64,000 nt of DNA from the human T2T-CHM13v2.0 reference genome, Homo sapiens. The notes beneath the pieces are model-generated. The model was given only the letters and a program-made list of their open reading frames with translations, searched no databases and was not told where the DNA came from. Each line of letters starts with the position of its first letter. The first letter of the stretch is position 1. Positions 1-11,272 of this stretch are shown here, in pieces. The stretch lies in the NCBI RefSeq assembly GCF_009914755.1, contig NC_060932.1. One strand, given 5' to 3'. A program made the position numbers and the translations under genes.

Positions 1-910
1 ATCACAGCTGCGGCATCTGGCCACCCTCCAGGAGTCTGTCGGAGGAAAGGGGTCACCCAAGGGTGGGAACGCTGGGCAGGGGGGGGCGTCATGAGGCTAC
101 CTCAGGGCCTGTCCCCCACACTCGTTTGTGAGAAGGCGGAAGCTTGGCTAGGTGGGGAGTTCTGGGTTGGTGGGGTTGGGGGGCCTCACAGACACCTGAG
201 CAGATGGAGGGGCAAGCCCTTCAGGCCGGGGAGCAGGGAGCCCAGAGCCACTGCCTGGGAGGGGCCTGGAAGGGCCCAGGGTGGCTGGGTCAAGATCAGA
301 GCCCATGGGGGCTGGTGTAGGGCCCAGGAAGTCATCGTGGGCCCCCAGAGGGCTCTGGGTGGAGGGAAACCTGGTACGAGGAGGGACAGGGAGGTTGGGG
401 TGCTCACCAGCTGAACCCCACAGCTCCCTCTGCTGTCCACCATGGGACCCCACGCAGTCTGCTGTCTGCTGGGGCCCTGAGCTCATGCATTTTACTGCAG
501 GGAGGGGCCTGAGGGGACCCTCCTGGCACGGCTCCTCCACCCCTGCCAGAGCACAGCTGCGCAGGAGGGCTGAGCTAACCCTGCCAGGCCATGCGTGGAC
601 CTCCTGAACCTCACCCTGCTGCCCCAAGAGTAAGTGCTCGGAACTGCGTAGAGCCTCGCGTGGGGTCTGGAGTGTCATTTTTGGGGCATGTATTTAGGTG
701 GGAGAACCCCCACACCCCCAGTGCCCGCGTTTGCTGTGCGGAGCTGATCACAGGAGACAGAACCTTCTCCGTCCCGCAGACAGAGGCTCTGCATCTTCTG
801 GGCTAGGGGGCTGCTGGGGCTGCCTCCACCCCCACCCTGCTCCTGCTGCCCGGGTGCCCCTCCTCCACTCAGGGGCTCATTTGCATTTAAAAACGACAAC
901 CAAAAAACAA

Positions 911-1003
911 GCCCAGGGCCTCCTGAGAGTCCCTCCTCAGCCTGTCGCTGCTCTGCCCAGGGCCTCCTGAGAGTCCCTCCTCAGCCTGTCGCTGCTCCGC
1001 CCC
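911..1003. repeat. 44-bp tandem duplication
   Basis: gcccagggcctcctgagagtccctcctcagcctgtcgctgctc at 911 and 955. Confidence 0.9.
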
Positions 1004-3219
1004 TTCCTTGTGCCCCTACTCAAGCACGGATGGTGCGCCTGCTGTATGCCAGGCGCCAGTCAGGGCACTCGCTCAGCCACTGCACGCCCAAGCTCCCTGC
1101 CCTCCCGGAGCTCCCGTGCTGCTGGGCGCTAAGTGAGGCGGGGTCAACGCCCTCAGCCCAGAGGCAGGATGGGCACAGGCCTAGCCCAGGAAGGTGCTGG
1201 CGCTCCCGGCGGACCCCCAGACACTCTCCCTTCGGTCACCTCCCAGCCCCCAGGGGCATCCAGGCCAGCATCCGACTGCCCAGCCAGCACCCCTCCAGGC
1301 ACACAGGGCACAGAACCACACTCTGAAGTCACTGCTGCACCCCTGCTCGCCCATCCACCTCCCGCAGTGGCCCTGGACTCTGCCCACGGCTCCCACCTCT
1401 GCGGCCATCACATCTCCCTTATAAGAGACAACAGCGCTAAGACCCATCTGCTTGGCGCTGGGGGGGTGCATCACCTGCCTGGGACCCGGCCGTGCCCCGC
1501 CAGGGCTCTGAGGACCCCCCAGGGTGCTGTGTGCTTCCGCTTCAGGGTTTCCATCCGGCTGCCCCAGCACACACCACTCTGCTGCACGCACAGGCTTGGG
1601 TGCAGGGTTACGCCCTCCTCTCCTCAGGAAGCCTTCTCCTTCCCTGTTCCGACCACCCCAGCAGGGGACATTCCACCAGGCTGTCCTCAGCTGGGGCCAT
1701 GGTCAATACAGGGGCAGGGACTCTGCTAGTCCCAGCCTCCCAGGTCCCTTGGCCAGGTGCCCTGGCAGTCACTGGTCTGCTGCCAGCTGCCCCTTGGCAT
1801 GAGGGGCCTCGTGTGACCAAATGGGCACACTCCATGCAGGGGAAACGCAAGGACTTGAGACCAAGCAGAGCCCAGGCTGCACAAGGTCCCCAGGTGGGGG
1901 ATTGGGACACCATGGTGGCCCCCTGAAGGCAGTGGCCAGCCTTTTCTGAGTCTTCCTGCTGGCCACTCCTGGGGGGGGCTGCATTTGGGGACAGTGGACC
2001 TGGCCCTGAACTGCCATCACACCCCCTTGCCCAAGAGCAGTGCCCTGGGCCTCCGAGTGGCTGTGCCGTGTGTCAGATGGCAGCGCTCACGGTCCCAGAC
2101 AGGCGCTGGGTGGATGGGGAGCCTATTCCCCAGCCCCCACGGACGTTTCACGTTTCAGGGGCTATGTGCCAGCCGCAGGGTGGCCAAAGGAAGTGGCACC
2201 CATGGGTGGGTCCAGCTGCGCACCGGGCCTGCGGCAGACGCTTCCCGGTGGCACAAAGTGAAGTTAGAGGATCTGGCCGCCTCATGCCCAGCCGGTGCCC
2301 ACCCTCAAATCTGGGGTCCCGAACAAGGACACAAGCCCCTGTGAACACTTGGGTCTGGGTGAGCTGAGCCAGTGTTGGAGGGGACAGAAGCCAGCTGGGC
2401 ACACCCCACCCACAGCTCTGGCTTCCAGAATCCGCCATCCCACCCGATCCGGCTGGAATCCCAGCAGGGCCAAGGCCACAGGCTGGGTCCCAGGGCCCCA
2501 GGGTAGAGGCCACAGCGACGAGCACTGTGGAGAGAACCGGAAACTGCTGCCGTGTCACCCAGCACTCGCTCTGGTGGAACCGTCGCACGAGCCTCACGCC
2601 TCGTCCCCTCTGATGCCAACGTCAGGACACCCCACTTCAGGGTGGAGGCCGCGACCTCAAGGGGGCGGAGCATTCTCCCCGCCCGAGTGTGGACCAGGCC
2701 AAGGGGCCCCGCGGGGTGTGGGGTGGGCAGTGGCAGTGCCACCCACCCAGAGCCCAGGCAGGCAGAGGGCACAAGGCTCGTGCATCTGACTCCAGGCTGT
2801 GCCGTGGGGCCCCTGAAGGTGTTGCTGGCCTGCCTCGCCCAGGGGCCACCCCCCATTTCTTTGGAGGTGAGGAGAGGAGCCTTGCCCCTCCAGGCCTTGC
2901 CTCTCCCAATCCAGGGTCTGTGGCACAACCTCAGCCAGGCCTCCTGGTCAGGCCCCTCCAGCACGGGCACCCGTGCAGGGCAGGGGAACCGGGAGCTGGC
3001 CGAGCTGCCCCACCCACCATGGCTCTAGCCTGTTGCATCCGGGTCCCCAGAGTGCCCCCTAGGCCTTCCCCACCCCAGATGGTGCTGCTCAGGTCCAGGG
3101 AGAAGCGCCTTCTGACTTCTGAACCATCGTGGGAGGTAGGAAAGGGGCCCCATACTCCTGCCCAGAGGGGCGGTGCTTTCCGCCTGGCGGTGGCATGGCA
3201 ACAGTCAGGACAAGCCAAC

Positions 3220-3619
3220 CAGTTACGGATAGAACCTTTATTGCTGAACATAAAACACCTGCCTGGGAGGCCTGGCCAGTGGCCTCTTCACTGGGCCGAA
3301 AACCTGGGTGGGGAGGGCTGGGGGCTGCAGGGCCACTGTTGCCAATGGCAGTCGGGGACAGGCCTGGAGGCCAGCCCTGCCTGGCACCCTGGAAGGTGGT
3401 GGGGTGGGGACAGGGGCCTGGCTTGGGGGAGGAAGACCAGGCCCTGCGCACACGCTGGTCATGGAAGGTTGAGGGCCAGGCAGGCAGAGCAGTGTCCCTG
3501 TGGCCCCCAGGTGAGGCTTGGTGGCGGGCGGCCCTCCTGTGGGGTAGAGTGGTGGACAGAGCCTCTTTCCTCTCCAAGGATGAGGGTCTGAGGTAGGTGC
3601 AGGCCGGTCCCTGGGGTCC
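3220..3619 (-). other. ZC3H3: ZC3H3 3' UTR (about 400 nt; 3' end approximate)
   Basis: Lies between the stop codon and the expected cleavage site about 15-25 nt past AATAAA. Confidence 0.75.
3237..3242 (-). terminator. ZC3H3: Polyadenylation signal AATAAA of ZC3H3
   Basis: tttatt on the plus strand, about 380 nt after the stop, followed on the minus strand by GU-rich ggttggcttgtcctgactgtt. Confidence 0.85.
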
Positions 3620-3651
3620 TCACAGACGTGGTTTGATGTGCAGAGGCTTCC
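3620..3651 (-). CDS. ZC3H3: ZC3H3 last exon, coding part: (G)KPLHIKPRL-stop
   Basis: tttgcatag|GG AAG CCT CTG CAC ATC AAA CCA CGT CTG TGA. Phase matches the exon 11 donor; stop at 3620-3622. Confidence 0.92.
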
Positions 3652-4859
3652 CTATGCAAAGAGGGCAAAAGTTAGGTGCCCGGAAACCCCTGGAAGAACC
3701 TCCCCAGCCTGCAAAGCTCCTGATCGGGCTCAGGATCGGGGGGCTCTGTCAGCCCAAGCACACACAGCAAGGTCTGCAGAGATACCCTCCTGAGTTCGAG
3801 GGAGAAGAGCACAGACAGGCCACAGGCTTCAGCTTCTGCCCCCTGCTGCCAACAGGTCCTGGTGAGCCTCTGTGGCTGTCTAGCCATGGTGCAGGCTCAG
3901 TCTATGAGGTCAACTGAGGCTTCTGCCTACAGTCCAGGGGTCCTCCTGGGCGGGCGGCAGTCCCGGCCACAAGGTCTGCAGGGTGGGCCATCAGTACTGG
4001 TGCACACAGCACCAGACAGCCCTGCACGTTCAGTGAGGCTGCCAGACACACGAGGCGGCCACGATGCAGCTTCCATGTGGAAAGCCGGGGTGCACACAAG
4101 CTGTGGCGGGGAGGGGCAGGAGCAGAGCAGAGGCCCCAGGGTGAGGCGGGCAGGGCCTGGAGGCAGGCAGTGTGGAGGGAGCAGTTCCCCACAGCGGGGA
4201 AGCCCAGGGGCTCCTGCCCCATGAATGTTCACTCACTGGGTGCCAGCGCCTCTCCTCCCTCCCCAGATCTCCCCTCCAGACCACCCGACAGGCACCACAG
4301 TGGCCCGCTGAATAGAGATGTCTCCGTGTAGCTGCCCACAGGACTGGGCCTGCCCAGGTGCCCCTCTTCAGGGCCGATGAGCCCGCTCACCCATGCACAG
4401 CTGAGTCGGGCCCAGCAGCCAGGGCCCAGGCTACAGACTACACAGGCTCTGACCCGTCAGCCTGCCCCTGCGGTGGCCGCTCCAGCAGCAGCTCCAGCTT
4501 CCTGCCCAGAGACTGTCCCAGGCACCTCCACCTGCCCGAGCTCCTGGCCATGGCCAAGCAGGGGAGGTTTCTGCAGCCTTTCCCAGGCCCCGCCCAAGGT
4601 GCACACAGGACCCCTCAGCACCCTGCCCACCTCCACTGGCTCTGGAACTGGCTGCTAGGTTCCTGATCTTAAAAAAAAAAAAAAATACAAGTCGCTGCCT
4701 CGGGGCCCCATCTGCTCCCCGACCCCAGAGAGGCCCACCCAGATGGAGGGAGCGGGTGCCCAGGTCTCGTGGGGCGGAGGGTCTGGCCACGGCTCCACGC
4801 CCCTGACGTGGAGGCTGTGAACAGGAGGCGGCCCCTCCGAGGCAGGCATTTGAGTGTGC

Positions 4860-5200
4860 TCAGCGGAGCTGTTGCAGAAGGCTGCAGCAAGCATCTTCCA
4901 TTAACGTTACGACCGTGAAATATGACAATAAAATGATAGCCGTATGGTCGCAAATTTGCAGCCCGCCGAGCTGCGTGGGGTTTATCGTCACTCAAACGCG
5001 CGGAGAGCTGTAAAATGTTTACAGAAAGGGTCGTTTGCAGCCATAAAATCCTCTTTTCTCTCCTAAACAAGGCTGAGTGGAGCCATTTACCAAGCCCCAA
5101 ATGCTCATCGGGGGAGAGGGAACATCTGTTCTCTCCAGGAGTGCGTGGTGATCTTCCAGAACAAATTAACAGAAATGGGTGCTTTCTAATTAAATCAGCC
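4860..5200. promoter_or_regulatory. Candidate conserved enhancer in the last ZC3H3 intron (possible MAFA upstream beta-cell enhancer)
   Basis: AT-richer, CpG-retaining non-repeat island with TGTTTAC (5016), GCCATAAA (5040), TAAACA (5064), CATCTG (5123) and CTAATTAA (5186). The MAFA link is recalled and inferred. Confidence 0.6.
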
Positions 5201-5361
5201 CTCAGCTGGGGCAGACTGCGCAGCGGCCACCGCTACACTCGCACCTTGGCTGGCCCTGCCCCAGGGCTGGCAGGTGCACCCCTGGCGCCCGTGGGACTCA
5301 CCCAGGCCCCACCTGGAGATTCTGACGTGGTGGTCTGAGGGGGCATTTAAAGCTCCCCTGT

Positions 5362-5637
5362 GCCCGAGCCCGGCCATGCTGCCTACCTGAGCCCTTGGTG
5401 AGGGGGGCCCTGGGGGCCTGAGCCAGGCCATGCTGCCTACCTGAGTCCTTGGTGAGGGAGGCCCTGGGGGCCCGAGCCAGGCCATGCTGCCTACCTGAGT
5501 CCTTGCTGAGGGGGGGCCCTGGGGGCCTGAGCCAGGCCGTGCTGCCTACCTGAATCCTTGGTGAGGGGGGCCCTGGGGGCCCGAGCCAGGCCGTGCTGCC
5601 TACCTGAGTCCTTGGTGAGGGGGGCCCTAGGGGCCCG
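5362..5637. repeat. 54-bp minisatellite, about 5 copies, spanning the exon 11 donor
   Basis: Unit ccgagccaggcc(a/g)tgctgcctacctgagtccttggtgaggggggccctgggggc; equivalent positions at 5387, 5441, 5495, 5550, 5604. Confidence 0.95.
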
Positions 5638-5926
5638 GACCCTGGGCTGGGCTCCTGGGCTCGGCGAGGACTGCAGGGAGATGAAGGAAGGCAGCTTGCA
5701 GAGCCTGTTGGAGCACGCTGCTGCTAAGGCAGCCTCCTGGAGAGATGGTGCCTCGTGGTCCAAGGAAGCGGGAGGGGATGAGGAGGAGGAGGAGGAGGAG
5801 GAAGCCTTCGAGGATGAGGGAGAGGCTGACCCCCCTGGGCAGTGGGGAGGTGCAGCCACGGCAGCCGCAGTGAGGGCAGCCGAGCTGGGCGTCTGCCTGG
5901 TGGGGCGCTGGGATGCTGAAGGCTTC
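5604..5926 (-). CDS. ZC3H3: ZC3H3 coding exon 11, 323 nt: Ser/Ala/Pro-rich low-complexity region
   Basis: ttccctgcag|G AAG CCT TCA ... GAC TCA G|gtaggc. KPSASQRPTRQ...SSSSSSSSSPP...RAPLTKDS(G). The 5604 donor was chosen because it gives the recalled C-terminus; four more identical donors follow. Confidence 0.9.
5778..5802 (-). repeat. Coding (TCC)n trinucleotide repeat encoding poly-Ser
   Basis: Plus strand gaggaggaggaggaggaggaggaag inside exon 11. Confidence 0.9.
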
Positions 5927-6498
5927 CTGCAGGGAAGGAAGGGGCAGACGTGTGAGGTGGGGTGACGGGTGGGGATCCCAGCGACAGACTGCCCATGCTC
6001 TTGGCTGCTTCCTGCTCCCGTGGCCCTCCGTGGTCTCAGGGCAGAGCTGGAGGCACAGGTCAGGCCTGGCCCTTGGCCGCAAGGACAGGCTGGGTGCAGG
6101 GATGGCCCCAGCTCCACACCGAGCCTGCCCCTCACATCCAGGGCCTTGGCTTCCTGGTCTCCATGGGGCTCCACACCCACATGGCAGGTGGGCTGGATGA
6201 GGGGGCCCCCAGACTCCTCCCGGGGCTGGGCCTCCCACCCGGTCCCAGTGAGCAGGTCTCTGTGAGGCCCCACCTTCCTCCATTGGCCAGGGATGCCCTT
6301 GGCTCTGTCCAGACTTGGAAGTGGGGTAGGGGCATCTCTGGAGGTCATGTGATCCCCAGCCTTGGATAGGGATTTCTTTCTGGTCTGAGGCCCAAAGAGC
6401 TGGAGTTGGCGGGAGCTCAACCAGAGGGCCCCGGGCATCTCCCCAGACAGGGAGGGGGCCACCCAGGCTCACATGCACAGTGCCCACTGCCCCATCAC

Positions 6499-6683
6499 CT
6501 GGGCCCGTGGCTGGCCGAGACCCTGCTCCTGGCGGTTGCGTCGCTGGGCCCTGGGGCGGGGGACGTGGCTGCCCGCCGACTGTGGCGTTTCTGGGTACGG
6601 TGGAGCAGCTGGCACTGGGCGCCGCGGGGACACGCCCCCCTGCGGGCAAAGTCGGGGCACAGCAGCGTGTGTTTCTTCTTGCA
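6499..6683 (-). CDS. ZC3H3: ZC3H3 coding exon 10, 185 nt: end of finger 4 and finger 5
   Basis: tctctgcag|TGC AAG AAG AAA CAC ... CCC AG|gtgat. CKKKHTLLCPDFARRGACPRGAQCQLLHRTQKRHSRR... completes the C-x7-C-x5-C-x3-H begun in the previous exon. Confidence 0.95.
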
Positions 6684-8294
6684 CTGCAGAGAGAAGGGGT
6701 GCAGGTGGGTGGGCCGGCTGGAGGCTGTGGCGCTGCACGGGGAAGGCAAGGAGAGCCAGGCCAGGCCCCCCGAGTACCCACGGGGCCCCATAGGCTCCGT
6801 CCAAGTCTTGGGGCCAAAGGCTTCCTCTTGGAAGGCTGAGGCCACCAGTCCAGAGAGGTTCCACCTGGGCCCTCACCCACCTACAAGAGGCCCTCAGCCA
6901 ACTGTAGGCCCTGGGCACAGACTGAGAGCAGGGCGGGGCTGGGCCAGCGTGGGGACTCCCAGAGCCTGCAGCCAGGCCATGGCTCAGGGCTCTGCCCACC
7001 CGCTGCCTCTGCCAGACCCCAGCCAGCCCATCCTGGCAGCACAGAGGGAGCCCGGGAAGGTGGGTGTGGCTAGAGACCTGGGGGTCTTAGGCTGGGCCGG
7101 GAGAGGGTGGGGCAGGTCAGCCAAGGCCAGGCTGCACTGGGTCAGGGCTGGGCTGGGCTGGGCACGCGATCCCTAGCACCTGTCACAGTGCTAATTATAC
7201 CCACAGGGCAGGGGGTGTGCCAGCCAGCAGGTGCTCTGGGCAGCAACATGGCCCCAGCTCTCCTACCAGGCCCACAGGGAAACACAAAGAGGCTGCCCAA
7301 GGCCCCAGCGGCCCAGCCTGGCCTGTGGTGCAGGGCGCCCAGCCTGCCCTTCCTCTGCCCACCCCTCCCGGGCTCTGCTCTGCAGCCCAGCTGCCTGCCT
7401 GCCTCGTGCCCAAGGCCTTTCAGGGAGGGTATGCCCTCCCCCTCACCCTGCAGAGCCCACTGCATGGGGCACCCAAACTGCTCTTCATGGGACTAAGCGA
7501 CAGGCGTCCCCAATGTGAACTGTGACAAGCTCCAAGAGTGGAGCTCAAATCTGTCACGGCACTAGAGTGGCCGGAGTGCTTCCAGCTCGTGGGGTGCCAC
7601 AGCCTTGAACCCACATCCTCCCAGCCACACAGTCCCTTGCCAGGCACCTGACCTAAGAATCTGGGATCCCAGGTACTGCTCCTGTACCTGGGGCTGGCCG
7701 TGAGCACCTGCTCAGAACCGGGCCCTACACTGTACCCCATACCTTCCCTGGATCCTGTGGTGTGGCCCCCGCCATACCCCCAGGTGGAAGCCAGGCTCAG
7801 GCCAGTGCTTGCACCCTCACTCACTCATTCATTCCTGCGACACGGAGTCTGAGTCCCTCTACACAGCGCCTCGCAGTGCTTTGGGGCCCAGAGACCAGGG
7901 GCTCCTCAGGGGCCTGCGGCTGGAGAGATGCCCGGTCCTGCAGCAGAGCAGGCTTCAGGGGCCGGGGGGGGTGGGGGGGCGGGGGCAAGGCCTCCGGGGG
8001 GGGGGGGCAGGGGCAGTGGCTGTGCCTGACAAGGAAAGCCCTGCCACCAGCACAGGCATCCCACGCGGTACTGGGACGGGCGTGGGGGTGTGCAGGTCCA
8101 CTGTTCACAAAGGGGCAGGACTGCAGGCATTGCCAAGGCTGCGGGTGCATTTTATCAGATGCACCCACAGCCCCAGCAACGGCTGGTGGGCAACACTGGA
8201 TGCAGAGTGCCCGGCTGAGATGTCCAGAGGGCACCTGCCACACAGCCAGTGTGAGCTGAGGTGTGGGTGTTGGTGTAAACCATGTGCCAGGACT

Positions 8295-8492
8295 CAGACT
8301 TAGTAGGAGCAAAATAATGTAAAATGCACATTTCTTTTTCCTTGATGACATGTTGAAATTTTTGATAGGATGGGTTAAATAAAACATGATTCCATCTGCT
8401 TTGGTGTATAATCTTTTTTAACCTTTTAAAGGTGGCTACTAGAAAAGCTGAAATTCACAAATGACTCATCCATGTCTGTACTGGACAGCGCC
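8295..8492. mobile_element. hAT-Charlie (MER3/MER33-like) DNA transposon remnant
   Basis: gtggctactagaaaa...aaatt...tggacagcgc resembles the recalled MER3/MER33 terminus. Confidence 0.5.
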
Positions 8493-8550
8493 GATGAGAA
8501 CCCTCCTGCAGAACACAACCAAATCCCGAGGATCAAAGAGAACTTTCTGA

Positions 8551-8984
<434 letters not shown>

Positions 8985-9409
8985 TCATGTTCACTAATGA
9001 AAAACCCAAACCAGCCAAACAAAACCCCCAGAAAACTCTCCAAAGATCTGGAAATGTATCACCATCTGTGGAACAGCGAAAACAGGGCTTAAAGGAAAAT
9101 ACATAGCCTTAAATGCTTATATCACAACAGAAGACCTAGCTTAAAAGTTAGGGGGAGAACAGCAAATGAACTCAAAGCAGAGGGAAAGAAAAACAAAATA
9201 GGAATTAAAACCAAGAGAGTTAAAAGTTGGTTCTTTTAAAACAGTAATCAATTTATCCAATAGGGTTAATCAGGAAATAAAGAGAAGGAAGATGTAAACA
9301 ATGTTGGGAACGCTAAGCGTGTAACTAAAGATGCTGCAGATGATGAAAGACACCGCACGCTGTGGTAACAAACGTCATGCCAGTATGTTTGAAAACACCA
9401 GTGAATTGA

Positions 9410-9833
<424 letters not shown>

Positions 9834-10659
9834 TTTACTTGTGGTTCTACCAAATACTCCAGATGTACAATTCCAGTCTTCCATGAACAAGTCCACTGTA
9901 TAGAAAAACACAGAACACTACTCAGCTTATGGGGCCAGAATAATCTTGAAACCAAATCTGACCAGGACTATATGAGAAAAAAACATTTAGGCCAATATCA
10001 CTCATGAAAAGAATGCAAAAAGTCCTACACAAATTATAAACGAGAGTCTTGCAATGTGTAAAAACACTAATATATCAAGGACCAAGTTAGATTTATCTCA
10101 GGAATGCAAGGTTGGTTTAATATTAGAAAATCAATGAACAAAAATTAGCACATTAACAGGTTAAAAGAGAAGAATCATATGATCACCTCACAGATATGAA
10201 ATAAGTATTTAATAAAATTCAACAGTTTTTTAAAAAGAAACATTTAGCAAATTAGTGATTGAAGGTAACTTCCTCAGCCTGAAATACAGGGTTTTGTAAA
10301 AGATAACTCCCAGAAAGCATCACATGTCAAGGGGAAAGTTTGGAAGCCCACTATCATCACCAGTCAATATTGTATTGGGGTCCTATCCAAGGCAGGAAGA
10401 CAAGAAAAAGAAAGAAAACTTGTCTGGACTCAAAAGAAGAAAAAAAGTCATTATTTGCAAATGACATAATTGTTTATACAGAAAAATGCAAGAGAATTTA
10501 TAAACTAATTACTAATATAGTTCAGCAAAGTTGCTGGAGATAAAATCTATATAAAATTATATTTCTATACGCCAATGAACAGTGAGATAATACAAATTTT
10601 AAATATACTATTTATAGTAATAAAACTATTAGGAATAAATCTAACAAAACCTAATCAAG

Positions 10660-10959
<300 letters not shown>

Positions 10960-10994
10960 GATAATAAAGAACCTTATTAAAACACATTAAAGGT

Positions 10995-11272
10995 AGGAGG
11001 CCAGGGCGGGAGGGTGGGAGGATTGCTTGAGACCAGGAGTTCGAAATCAGCCTGGGCAACACAGCAAGACCCTGTTTCTACAAAAGATTAAAAAAAAACA
11101 AAATTAGCCAGGTGTCATAGCATGTGCCTATAATCCCTGCTGCTTGAGAGGCTGAGGCAGGAGGATTACGTGAGCCCAGGAGTTGGAGGCTGCAGTGACC
11201 TATCATCACAACACTGCACTCCAGCCTGGGTGACACAGTGACACCCTGTCTCTGTCTCTTAAAAAAAAAAAA
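10995..11272 (+). mobile_element. Alu (AluJ-like, 5' truncated)
   Basis: AluJ-type gaggattgcttgag...cctgggcaacacagcaagaccc; poly-A tail. Confidence 0.9.

Noticed and set aside
911-1003. Resemblance of the 44-bp duplication to the 35-bp minisatellite unit (gcccaggg...ccctcctcag)
   Set aside because: Only short GC-rich words are shared; chance similarity is likely.
1-3200. MAFA coding sequence or another gene among the many short ORFs
   Set aside because: No bZIP or poly-His Maf sequence is present; the ORFs overlap in all frames with GC-driven Pro/Gly/Ala/Arg composition.
6630-6650. CTCF-like sites (here, about 36944 and about 40410)
   Set aside because: Each departs from the core consensus, and such near-matches are common at this GC content.
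5491-6880. Long minus-strand ORFs (323 aa and 417 aa) and the plus-strand poly-Glu ORF 5558-5965
   Set aside because: They are read-through or alternative frames of exons 10-11 in GC-rich DNA; the Glu run is just the antisense of the poly-Ser codons.
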